DNA from: an uncultured Verrucomicrobiae bacterium
Lineage (GTDB): Bacteria > Verrucomicrobiota > Verrucomicrobiia > Limisphaerales > JAFGQR01
Length of the DNA: 64,000 nt
NCBI GenBank assembly: GCA_963788655.1
Contig: CAWBHS010000011.1
Span: 32,001-96,000 of the forward strand
Reading direction: 5' to 3'
Made by a program: the position numbers and the translations under genes. Below, piece after piece: positions 1 through 8,993 of this stretch. The first letter of the stretch is position 1, and every line of letters starts with the position of its first letter. The notes below the pieces were generated by a model that was not told the origin of the DNA, did no database searches, and saw nothing but the letters and a program-made list of their open reading frames with translations.

Positions 1-2
1 GG

Positions 3-1064
3 GACACGTTGGCCGCCACCCTGTCGCTGACCTATTTGCAATTGCGGTTCAAAATCCTGATCGGCCTGGCTACGGCGGTGGGCACCGCGACGATCTTATG
101 GTTCGGCACCCGGTATGCGTTGGCCGGCCATTTTACCCTTGGGACAATCCTCCTATTTCTCTCGTACCTCGGTTCGTTGTATGCGCCCATCGAGGGCATC
201 ATGTACACCACCTCCACGATCCAGGGTGCTGCGGGCAGCGCAAAACGCGTGCTGGAGGTGCTCGAAGTGGACCGCGAAGTTGCGGACCTGCCAGGCGCCG
301 GGACCTTGCCGTCCGCGCGCGGTGAAGTGCAATTTGAAGATGTCACCTTTGGTTACCATCCCGACAGACCGGTGCTGCGCGGCATCACCCTGCAAGTCAA
401 TCCAGGCGAAACAGTGGCGTTGGTGGGGGTGACTGGTGCGGGGAAAAGCACCTTGGTCAGTCTCATTCCGCGCTTCTTCGATCCGTGGGAAGGCCGGGTA
501 AAGCTGGATGGACGGGACGTGCGCGACCTGACTTTGCGCAGCGTGCGCCAGCAGATTGCCCTGGTGTTGCAGGAGCCGTTTCTCTTTCCGCTCTCCGTGG
601 CCGAGAACATCGCCTATGGCCGGCCTCATGCCACGTTGGCTGACATCGAAGCCGCCGCCCGCGCCGCCCGGGCGCACGAGTTCATCGCGCGCTTGCCGGC
701 GGGTTATCAGACTGTCGTCGGTGAACGCGGCGGAACTCTGTCGGTTGGCCAGCGGCAACGTCTTTCCATCGCCCGTGCGTTGTTGAAGAACGCGCCGATC
801 CTGATCCTGGACGAACCCACCAGTGCGCTGGATGCGGAAACCGAGCACCAGTTGATGGAGGCATTGGCGGCGCTCATGCAGCAGCGCACGACCTTCATCA
901 TTGCCCATCGCCTGTCCACCGTCCGGCGCGCCACCCGCATCTTGTTCTTAAAAGAAGGCGTGGTCGCCGAGTCCGGCACGCACGACGAATTACTGGCGCG
1001 GCGTGGTCTGTATGCCGCGTTCTGCGATCTGCAATTTGGACGGAAGCAACCGGCGGAGCCATGA
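3..1064 (+). CDS. ABC transporter ATP-binding/permease (MsbA/MdlB-like exporter), 5'-truncated by the window edge
   Basis: TM helices, then Walker A GVTGAGKST, signature LSVGQRQR, Walker B ILILDE and H-loop IAHR; frame open to the window start. Confidence 0.93.
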   Translation, partial: DTLAATLSLTYLQLRFKILIGLATAVGTATILWFGTRYALAGHFTLGTILLFLSYLGSLYAPIEGIMYTTSTIQGAAGSAKRVLEVLEVDREVADLPGAGTLPSARGEVQFEDVTFGYHPDRPVLRGITLQVNPGETVALVGVTGAGKSTLVSLIPRFFDPWEGRVKLDGRDVRDLTLRSVRQQIALVLQEPFLFPLSVAENIAYGRPHATLADIEAAARAARAHEFIARLPAGYQTVVGERGGTLSVGQRQRLSIARALLKNAPILILDEPTSALDAETEHQLMEALAALMQQRTTFIIAHRLSTVRRATRILFLKEGVVAESGTHDELLARRGLYAAFCDLQFGRKQPAEP

Positions 1065-1186
1065 ATGGTGCCAGGTGGATAGAGAACGGATTGCACCCGT
1101 CGCTGCTGCCTGCGCACTCGCAAACAAGACACTCAAGCCAGGTTTTACCGGTTTCAACTCTTCACCCCTGGAACCAATCACTCCCG

Positions 1187-2260
1187 TCACCCGTTCACCG
1201 TCCCCGCCACCACTTGCCAACGCTGGCAATCCGCTCCCAATTCCCGGGGCCAGTTCTCCTCGGTGCAGGTCATGAACACCTGGCCGCGGGTCTGTTGCGC
1301 GCGATCCAGCAAGGGCAAGAGGCCGCTGCGACGTTTGATATCCAACTCGCCCATCACGTCATCAATCAGCAGGATGGGCGCGGAGCCGTGCAGGCCGGTC
1401 AGGTATTCGGCCTGGGCCATTTTAAGCGCGATGGCCAACGTCCGTTTCTGGCCTTCGCTGCCGAACTGCGCGGCGGAACGCTCGTCGAGTTGCAACAGCA
1501 GGTCATCGCGATGCGGCCCGATGATCGTCGAGCGGTAGCTGCGCTCGCGCGTCCGTGACTGGGCCAGTTCGATGGTAAAATCCTGTTTGACGCTGGGCTG
1601 GTATTCGAGGCGCAGTTCCTCCGCGTCATGGGAAATACGCCGATACGCCAGGCGCGCCAGCGGCGAAACGCGCGGAATCAACTCGCGCCGCAAACGAATG
1701 ATCGTCTCCCCCAACTTCACCAGTTCCCTGGAGAAACTATCCAAAGCCGCTTCATCGACGGTCCTCTGCTTGAGCAGCGCGTTGCGGGAACGAAGCGCCC
1801 GGGCGTAACGCTGCAGCGTGGGCAGGTAATGGGCGTGCGTCTGCGAAAGCAGCAAGTCCAGAAACCGCCGGCGACTGCGACCCGTGCCCTTGACCAATTG
1901 CAGGTCTTCGGTGCAGAAAACCACCGTGCGCAACACGCCCAGGTAATCGGTCAATTTGCGAACCGGCTGGCCGTCGAGGCCAAGCCGGCGCTCGCGACTG
2001 GACCAATACATTTTGATGTCATGCTCTCCCTGCCCCACCGCGGTGCCGCCAACGAAATAGCCCGTCTGCCCATGGCGCACCATCTGCGCGCTGCCCACAC
2101 CGCGGAACGAACGTAAGGTGGCCATCAGATAAATGGCCTCCAGAATGTTGGTCTTGCCCTGGGCATTGTCGCCGAGCAGCAGATGGAAACCCGGCGCAAA
2201 ATCCACGTCCAATCGCGCGTAATTGCGGAAGTCGCGAAGTCTTAAATGCGCCAGATGCAT
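1187..2260 (-). CDS. recF: DNA replication/repair protein RecF
   Basis: N-term LRDFRNY, GDNAQGKTNILEAI, GPHRDDL, SEGQKR, PILLIDDVMGELD. Confidence 0.96.
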   Translation of the reverse strand: MHLAHLRLRDFRNYARLDVDFAPGFHLLLGDNAQGKTNILEAIYLMATLRSFRGVGSAQMVRHGQTGYFVGGTAVGQGEHDIKMYWSSRERRLGLDGQPVRKLTDYLGVLRTVVFCTEDLQLVKGTGRSRRRFLDLLLSQTHAHYLPTLQRYARALRSRNALLKQRTVDEAALDSFSRELVKLGETIIRLRRELIPRVSPLARLAYRRISHDAEELRLEYQPSVKQDFTIELAQSRTRERSYRSTIIGPHRDDLLLQLDERSAAQFGSEGQKRTLAIALKMAQAEYLTGLHGSAPILLIDDVMGELDIKRRSGLLPLLDRAQQTRGQVFMTCTEENWPRELGADCQRWQVVAGTVNG

Positions 2261-2377
2261 GCCACGGGGTCTGTCAATCGCCTCGTGCTAGGTGCAAATT
2301 CGCTCGCCGCCGCTGACCTCATTGATGCCCTAACTGGCATGTCACGAATCCTGTGGCGCTGCGCCGAGTGGTCAGTA

Positions 2378-3019
2378 TCACGGACCGACTCCTTCGCTTT
2401 CCGGGTACCCGGCAACGACAAATTTGCGGATCACGTCCAGTTCCGCATCGCCGGCGATGGTGTGTTCCTTTTGAAACTCATGCCACTCGACTTGCAGGCC
2501 TGACGCTTGCAACCGCTTGACTTGTTGCTGCGTGCCTTCGAACGGGAGCAAGGGATCATAAGTGCCGTGCGTTATCAGCACCCGTTGTTGCCGCGCCATC
2601 GGGGAAAGTTCGCCCAACAGACGGTCCAGGTTATGAATGTATCCGCTGATCCCGATCAATCCCGCCAACAACTGCGGATAGCGCAGGCCCGTTTCCATCG
2701 TCATGAGACAGCCTTGCGAGAAGCCGAACAGCATCGTTTGCTCCGTAGGGAAGCCCTGCTCCCGTTGTTGGTCGAGCACGGCCACCAGCAACTCGCGGCT
2801 GCGCGCGATGCCGGCGTCGGCGTCGCCCATGAAATCGTACCAGGAGTAACCGCCAAAGTATTCATCGGGCGCGTTGACCAGCAAGTAATTCATCCACGGC
2901 AACCGCAGGGCCGACGGCATCCAATAGTAGCCGGCGGTGCTGTCGCCCAAACCATGAAGCACCACCATCAGCCGCCGCGAAGCTTTTTCCTCGGCCGCAA
3001 AAAATTCCGTTTTCAACAT
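2378..3019 (-). CDS. Phospholipase/carboxylesterase family alpha/beta hydrolase
   Basis: LHGLGD, nucleophile GFSQG, HGTYDP, C-terminal EH; ATG at 3019 chosen. Confidence 0.88.
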   Translation of the reverse strand: MLKTEFFAAEEKASRRLMVVLHGLGDSTAGYYWMPSALRLPWMNYLLVNAPDEYFGGYSWYDFMGDADAGIARSRELLVAVLDQQREQGFPTEQTMLFGFSQGCLMTMETGLRYPQLLAGLIGISGYIHNLDRLLGELSPMARQQRVLITHGTYDPLLPFEGTQQQVKRLQASGLQVEWHEFQKEHTIAGDAELDVIRKFVVAGYPESEGVGP

Positions 3020-3219
3020 GGCGCCGATGGAAACGGAAATGCCGCCGGACGGCAAGTCCGGGAAATGTCAGGTCACGGCTTGCGATCGCCCATTGCTCAC
3101 CAACTCCGCTACCATATCCCAGCAATCGCAACTCAGGATCGGACGCACGGCGTTGTAAAGGAGCACGGCGTAATCGCTCGCCCGTGGAACATCGGGTAGA
3201 GTTCCTTGAGGGGACCAGG

Positions 3220-3687
3220 TTAGCCAAAGCATTGCGAACGCCGCACGGCCTCCTGTTCCAATGGGCCGTGCGGATACCCCGGCGGCAAAATGCATTCCCT
3301 CAAATAGGCCGACATAAATGGGCCGACGCCACCCAGCCGTTCATATTGCAGGGTGTGGACGAGTTCATGCGCGACCAGGCGGCGATCAGCCAGGCAATCG
3401 GCCCGGATGAAAATACCATAGCGCACCGTCAGGCCAATTGTGTTTTCCGTGAGCAACCGCGCGGCCAGCGCCGCAGTCCGTAGTTCCGGATGTTTCGGCA
3501 ACGGAATCCGCGGTACGGTGAGCAACCGCACATCCTGCGGCGACGCAACCCCAATTTGGCGGGCATCGGCGATTTGCGAGGCGGACAGCGCTTTGCCCGT
3601 TTCAAGGATGCGTTCCTCCTGCTCCTCCGCCCAAGTGACTGCCAGCGGAAGCAGTTGCTCCAGCAGTTCCGGTCGGACCAGGTTCAT
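3220..3687 (-). CDS. Hypothetical protein with zincin HExxH motif (DUF4157-like)
   Basis: VAHELVHTLQYERLG...PLEQEA; starts a few nt after the upstream gene's stop. Confidence 0.7.
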   Translation of the reverse strand: MNLVRPELLEQLLPLAVTWAEEQEERILETGKALSASQIADARQIGVASPQDVRLLTVPRIPLPKHPELRTAALAARLLTENTIGLTVRYGIFIRADCLADRRLVAHELVHTLQYERLGGVGPFMSAYLRECILPPGYPHGPLEQEAVRRSQCFG

Positions 3688-3692
3688 CCCGG

Positions 3693-4967
3693 TCAGATCG
3701 TCGGTTCCCAGCCGGGACGATACTCCCGCCGCCACAGGGCCGCCGCTTCGTCGTCGCCGACAATCTTGCGCGTGGCCGGATCAAAATGAATCGTGTGACC
3801 AACGCGGTAAGCAATGTTGCCCAGGTGGCACATCAGGGTGCTTTTCTGGCCTTCCTCAATCTCCGAGTGCAGTGCCTGGCCAGAGCGGATGGCTTCGATG
3901 AAATTTTGAATGTGACTCACGTCGCCGGCGGGGCCGTTGCCGGAATCGATTTCCTTGCCCTTCTCATCGTAAATCTTATAGCCCCCACCGCTCTGCGCCA
4001 TGGAGCCGCCTTCACCGTAAAACGCGGCGAACGGCAGGTTCTCATTCCGCCGCGGATGGCAACTGCTCTGGTCCCAGGCGGCACCTTGGGCACCAAAATC
4101 ATAAACCGCCACGGCCGTGTCGGGCGATTCCTGGTCGTCGTCGTAGTGGTAACGGCCGCCATTGTAAGTCACGCGGGTGGGATATTCGACGCCCAATCCC
4201 CAGCGCACTAAATCCAGGGCGTGAACGCCGTTGTTGGCCATTTCGCCGCCGCCCCAATGCCAGCGCCAGTGCCAGTTGTAATGCACCAGATTGTCCACGT
4301 ACGGCCGCTCCGGCACCGGACCCTGCCACAGCGAATAATCGAGATACGACGGCACCGGCACCCGTTTGCCTTTGCCAATGGAACCGCGCGCGTTGTTGTA
4401 CCAGCAGCGGGCAAAGAGCACCTTGCCGATGGCGCCTTCCTTGACCTTTTGGATGCCCTCGACCACACCGGGCCAAGTGCGGCGCTGGTTGCCCATTTGG
4501 ACATGCCGTTGATATTTTCGGGCGGCGGCGACCATGAGTTCGCCTTCGCGGGCATTGTGGCTGCCGGGCTTTTCCACATAGACGTGCTTACCAGCTTTGC
4601 AGGCCAGGATCGTCGCCGGGGCGTGCCAGAAATTCGGCGTGGCGATGTGCAGCCCATCGACGGCGGGATCATCGAGAATCCGGCGAAAGTCTTTGACGGC
4701 GTTGACGGGACGTTTCTGTTTCTCGGCCACCGTCTTGGCGGCGCGTTCGAGGCGATTGCTGTCCACGTCGCACACGTAGGCAATTTCGGCGTTGGGAATT
4801 TGCAGCAAGGCACGGACATGATCGTAACCGCGCCCGAGCCCCATCACGCCGACAATCACTTTCTTGGCCGGCGATTCCGCGGCGCGCATATACGGTGCAA
4901 CCGTCAACCCGGCGCCCAGCCAGGCGGATTGTTTCAGAAACGAACGGCGCGGGATGGAGGTGTTCAT
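3693..4967 (-). CDS. Gfo/Idh/MocA family oxidoreductase, Tat signal
   Basis: PRRSFLK Tat motif, ATPNFWH, GKHVYVEKP, C-term REYRPGW. Confidence 0.92.
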   Translation of the reverse strand: MNTSIPRRSFLKQSAWLGAGLTVAPYMRAAESPAKKVIVGVMGLGRGYDHVRALLQIPNAEIAYVCDVDSNRLERAAKTVAEKQKRPVNAVKDFRRILDDPAVDGLHIATPNFWHAPATILACKAGKHVYVEKPGSHNAREGELMVAAARKYQRHVQMGNQRRTWPGVVEGIQKVKEGAIGKVLFARCWYNNARGSIGKGKRVPVPSYLDYSLWQGPVPERPYVDNLVHYNWHWRWHWGGGEMANNGVHALDLVRWGLGVEYPTRVTYNGGRYHYDDDQESPDTAVAVYDFGAQGAAWDQSSCHPRRNENLPFAAFYGEGGSMAQSGGGYKIYDEKGKEIDSGNGPAGDVSHIQNFIEAIRSGQALHSEIEEGQKSTLMCHLGNIAYRVGHTIHFDPATRKIVGDDEAAALWRREYRPGWEPTI

Positions 4968-5083
4968 GGATGGCAATTGGTTGGATGTTTTCGCAGTCAT
5001 GGTTCGATAGAATCATTTGACGCCCTTTCCGGCAAGTCATTCAACACTTGCCAAAAACCGGGCGACGGCGTTCATACTGGCAC

Positions 5084-6064
5084 ATGAAACCAACATTGCT
5101 TCGCCGTTTGTTTTTGTGGCTTGGACTCACTGCCTTCACCTGCAACCTGCCGGCCGCGGATCTGCGTCTTGGCATGATCGGCTTGGACACTTCGCACGTC
5201 ATCGCGTTTACCCGGTTGCTCAACGATCCTCAGCAAAAGAATCACGTGCCCGGCGGCAAGGTGGTGGTGGCGTTCAAGGGCGGCAGTCCGGACGTGGAAT
5301 CGAGCGCCAGCCGCGTGGACGGTTACACGCGCCAACTGCAAAACGATTTCGGCGTCAAAATCGTGCCCACCATCGAAGAACTTTGTCAGCAGGTGGATGC
5401 CGTGTTGATCGAAAGTGTCGATGGCCGCCCGCATCTGGCGCAGGCGCGACCGGTGATCCAAGCGGGCAAACCCCTGTTTATTGACAAGCCGGTGGCGGGT
5501 TCGCTGCACGACGCCGTCGAGATTTACCGGTTGGCAAAGGAACGGAACGTCCCGGTGTTCAGTTCATCGTCGTACCGGTTTTATGACAGCCTCCAGAAGG
5601 TGAAGCACACTGACGTGGGCAGTATTCGCGCAGTGATTTCCTACGGCCCTGCGCACCTCGAACCGCATCATCCGGACTTGTTTTGGTACGGCGTGCATCC
5701 CACCGAAGCGTTGTTCACGATTATGGGCTCGGGTTGCGAAACGGTCGTCCGCACCGCCACGCCCAACACCGATGTGGTGACCGGCACCTGGTCCGGCGGA
5801 CGCGTGGGCACCCTCATCGGACTGCGGGGCGGCCCTTCGCCTCACAAGGTAACCGTGTTCGGCACCAAAGGCGTGGCCGAACAACAAGGCAGCGGCGACT
5901 ACGCCCCCTTGGTGCGTGAGATCGTTAAATTCTTCCAGACGCGGGTCGCCCCGGTGTCGCCGCAGGAAACGCTGGAGATTTTTGCCTTCATGGAAGGTGC
6001 CAACGTCAGCAAACGCCAGGAAGGAAAACCGGTAAACATCAAAGAACTCCTCGAAGAGAACTAA
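5084..6064 (+). CDS. Gfo/Idh/MocA family oxidoreductase, secreted
   Basis: Signal peptide, IGLDTSH, SVDGRPH, FIDKP, WYGVH. Confidence 0.88.
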   Translation: MKPTLLRRLFLWLGLTAFTCNLPAADLRLGMIGLDTSHVIAFTRLLNDPQQKNHVPGGKVVVAFKGGSPDVESSASRVDGYTRQLQNDFGVKIVPTIEELCQQVDAVLIESVDGRPHLAQARPVIQAGKPLFIDKPVAGSLHDAVEIYRLAKERNVPVFSSSSYRFYDSLQKVKHTDVGSIRAVISYGPAHLEPHHPDLFWYGVHPTEALFTIMGSGCETVVRTATPNTDVVTGTWSGGRVGTLIGLRGGPSPHKVTVFGTKGVAEQQGSGDYAPLVREIVKFFQTRVAPVSPQETLEIFAFMEGANVSKRQEGKPVNIKELLEEN

Positions 6065-6076
6065 GCAATAATTGAC

Positions 6077-7411
6077 ATGAAAAAACACACGCAAACGCGA
6101 CGCCAATTCCTGATTTCCACGGCAGCCCTGGCCGGAGCCACTGCCCCGGCTTTTTGGATGGCCACCAACCTGCGCAGCGCCGAAGCAAAAAACGACAAAC
6201 TGAACGTGGCCTCCATCGGTGTCGGCGGCCGCGGTTCGGGCATTGGCCACAATGCTGGTCAGTTGGGCAACATGGTGGCTTGCTGCGACGTGGACCGCAC
6301 GCATGCCGAGAAGTTCGCCTCCCGGTATGGCGGCAAGTGCGAGACCTACGGCGATTACCGAAAGCTGCTGGAGCGAAAAGACGTGGATGCCGTCACCATC
6401 GGCACGCCGGACCATTGGCACGTGGCCATCGCGATTACCGCGCTGCGATCCGGACGCGACGTGTACTGCGAGAAACCGCTCACGCTGACGATTGATGAGG
6501 GCAAACGGATTTGCCAGGTGGTCAAAGAAACGGGCCGGGTCTTCCAGGTGGGCACCCAGCAACGCAGCGATAAACGCTTCCTGACGGCCGTGGCCCTGGC
6601 GCGCAGCGGACGTTTGGGCAAAACGTTGACGGCGACCTGCTCGATTGGCGGCGGTCCGCGGGGCGGCCCGTTCCCCACCAGCGCCCCACCCGCCAGCTTG
6701 GACTGGGATTTTTGGCTGGGCCAGGCGCCCAAGGTGGAATACACCCGCGAGCGCTGTCACGGCAGCTTCCGTTGGTGGCTGGAATATTCCGGCGGTAAAC
6801 TGACCGACTGGGGCGCGCACCACGTGGATATCGCCCAATGGGGATTGGGCTACGATAAATCCGGCCCCATTGAAATGGAAGGCGAAGGCGACTTCCCCAA
6901 CCTTCCGGACAACTTCGATCCGGTCGCCTTCTTTGCCGGGAAACAAAAGCTGGCCAACGGTTACAACACGGCGACCAAGTTCAAGATCACACTGACCTTC
7001 GAAAACGGCTCAAAGATCATTGTGCGCGACGGCCCGGGCAATGGCGTTTGGTTCGACGGCGACCAGGGCAATATATTTGTCAACCGCAGTAAGATTACCG
7101 GGAAACCAGTGGAAGCATTTCCCGACGCCGACCGCGACTGGTTGAACGGAGAGATCGACCGACTCTACAAAGGCATGCCCCGCCACGGGCACATGGGGAA
7201 TTTTTTCGAGTGCGTGAAAACCCGGCGCGAACCGGTATCCGACGTGTATTCCCATCACCGGGAATTGTCTTCCTGCCATCTCTGCAACCTGGCCATGCTG
7301 CTAAAACGCAAACTGCGTTGGGATCCCCGGCAGGAAGTGTTTGTTGGCGACGAACAAGCCAACGCGTTGTTGCGCCGGCCGCGGCGGAAAGGGTACGAAC
7401 TGCCGGCGTGA
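6077..7411 (+). CDS. Gfo/Idh/MocA family oxidoreductase, Tat signal
   Basis: TRRQFL, IGVGGRG, GTPDHWH, VYCEKP, DWGAHH. Confidence 0.92.
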   Translation: MKKHTQTRRQFLISTAALAGATAPAFWMATNLRSAEAKNDKLNVASIGVGGRGSGIGHNAGQLGNMVACCDVDRTHAEKFASRYGGKCETYGDYRKLLERKDVDAVTIGTPDHWHVAIAITALRSGRDVYCEKPLTLTIDEGKRICQVVKETGRVFQVGTQQRSDKRFLTAVALARSGRLGKTLTATCSIGGGPRGGPFPTSAPPASLDWDFWLGQAPKVEYTRERCHGSFRWWLEYSGGKLTDWGAHHVDIAQWGLGYDKSGPIEMEGEGDFPNLPDNFDPVAFFAGKQKLANGYNTATKFKITLTFENGSKIIVRDGPGNGVWFDGDQGNIFVNRSKITGKPVEAFPDADRDWLNGEIDRLYKGMPRHGHMGNFFECVKTRREPVSDVYSHHRELSSCHLCNLAMLLKRKLRWDPRQEVFVGDEQANALLRRPRRKGYELPA

Positions 7412-7445
7412 GGGTGTTCTGGAAAGCTGACCATTCGCTTGAATG

Positions 7446-7755
7446 GTGAGTCCATCCCGCGGGGTTGCCCAGGGACACAATAGGCGATGCCAAAGTTTCG
7501 GGGCAGAGTTCTCGTTGAGGCTGGTTTCAGGAGGGGCGCGTATAAGCTCACGGAGCACCGCCTGAAACGGTGACCTTCGAGAATTGCCAAGTAGTTGAGT
7601 CACGCTAGGCTGTGTCGCATGACACGACTTGGCTTGTTGAACCGCGGGGCGTCCCTCACAGGATGGAGTCGGGAGAGATTTGAGCCGCTTGAGGAGAGGC
7701 TTTCACGCACGGTTCTTGGGTGGGAGGGGCGGGCTAACCGCCTGCACCTGCCCGG
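7446..7755 (+). mobile_element. ORF-less group II intron-like RNA or remnant (clear domains V and VI; putative compact domain I)
   Basis: 34-nt DV-like GAGCCG...TGAGGAGAGGCTTTCA-CG-CACGGTTC at 7682-7715 with AGC triad; DVI-like hairpin 7718-7755; GTGAG at 7446 followed by TCCATCC pairing with GGATGGA (7661-7667). The 5' boundary is inferred. Confidence 0.65.
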
Positions 7756-7767
7756 GGCAGAAAGCTT

Positions 7768-8658
7768 ATGAACATCACCATAACAGGAGCGACTGGCCTG
7801 CTAGGAAGCCATTTGGTAAATGAACTGACACGTTATCACGTTGACGTTCAGGCATTGAGACGCTTGGGAACGCAACCCAGAATCCGACTGGAGCGAGAGC
7901 CTGTTTGGATCGATGGCGAATTGGACGACCTCACGGAGGCGAGCCTTAAGGCGACTGACTGCCTCTTTCATTTGGCGGCTCACGGGGTTGACCCGGCTAC
8001 CGCAAATTGGGAGGACGCCTTTCGGGTTAACGTCACCGACAGTCTCGGTCTGTGGTTAAGGGCCGCAAACGCGGGAGTGAGGAACTTCCTTATTTGTGGC
8101 TCTTGCTTTGAGTATGGATCGGCAGGTGAACAGTACGAGTTTATTCCGCCTGACGCGCCCCTGTGCCCGACCGGTCCATATCATGCATCAAAGGCTGCCG
8201 CGACCATGGCCGCCTCCGCGCTGGCCCACAGCGAGAACGTCAAGGTCTGGGTGCTTAGGCCCTTTCACATCTTTGGTGATGGCGAGTCGGCAAATCGTCT
8301 TTACCCACAGATTTTACAGGCGGCGCGCACTGGCAATGATCTTGATTTAACCGAAGGGAATCAGATTCGAGACTTCATGCACGTTCAGGACACAGCGCGT
8401 CTGCTTCACGGATATAGTCTGCTACTGCGGGAAGTAACTCAGACAAATTACTTCCGGGTATCAAACTTGGGGACGGGGTATCCCTGTTCGCTTCGGGAAT
8501 TTGCGGAAAAGATATGGTCGCAACAGGGCGGCACGGGAAGACTGAATTTTGGAGCCTTACCTTATCGTCAAGATGAGGTCATGCGCTATGTTCCGCAAAT
8601 AGACAAAGCCGAACAAAGTGCGGCAATCAATGCGCTGTCACGCGTGGCTGAAATTTGA
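7768..8658 (+). CDS. NAD-dependent epimerase/dehydratase (extended SDR, CDP-dideoxyhexose reductase-like)
   Basis: TGATGLLG, GSCFEYG, YHASK, GNQIRDF, GALPYR; lower GC than the flanks. Confidence 0.88.
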   Translation: MNITITGATGLLGSHLVNELTRYHVDVQALRRLGTQPRIRLEREPVWIDGELDDLTEASLKATDCLFHLAAHGVDPATANWEDAFRVNVTDSLGLWLRAANAGVRNFLICGSCFEYGSAGEQYEFIPPDAPLCPTGPYHASKAAATMAASALAHSENVKVWVLRPFHIFGDGESANRLYPQILQAARTGNDLDLTEGNQIRDFMHVQDTARLLHGYSLLLREVTQTNYFRVSNLGTGYPCSLREFAEKIWSQQGGTGRLNFGALPYRQDEVMRYVPQIDKAEQSAAINALSRVAEI

Positions 8659-8715
8659 CGTGCGGCAGAAGGTTGCCAATTCCAAAATGCGATCCAGTTG
8701 AGACTGCGCTTGTCT

Positions 8716-8796
8716 GCCGGGCGGCTGCCTTCGTTGCCCGTCAGTTGGAGATTACCGCGGATATGCGCCTTCCTCACGCCTCGGCCGTCATCCGGC
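8716..8796. repeat. Imperfect long palindrome, probable MITE-like repeat remnant
   Basis: GCCGGGCGGCTG ... CGGCCGTCATCCGGC inverted ends in intergenic DNA; single copy in the window. Confidence 0.35.
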
Positions 8797-8993
8797 ATCC
8801 GGCGCGCCTTCACCTCGACTTGCCCCTCAGCGGCGCAGCGATGCCCGCTACGGGAAACTGCGCTTCTCGGTAAGTAACCACCCAAGGCCATCACCGTTAC
8901 AGTCGGCATTTCAGACGGATTTTTAGTTTTCCAAATCCGCCCGGCACGGGTTGAATCATTACATTGCGAATTGCACAAACTGTTCAACACACT

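Noticed and set aside
3068..3295. Small ORF between the zincin-like gene and the esterase
   Set aside because: No recognisable motif or ribosome-binding site, and it overlaps its neighbour
8640..8720. Integron attC site after the epimerase
   Set aside because: No RYYYAAC...GTTRRRY pair around the stop codon and no integrase in the window
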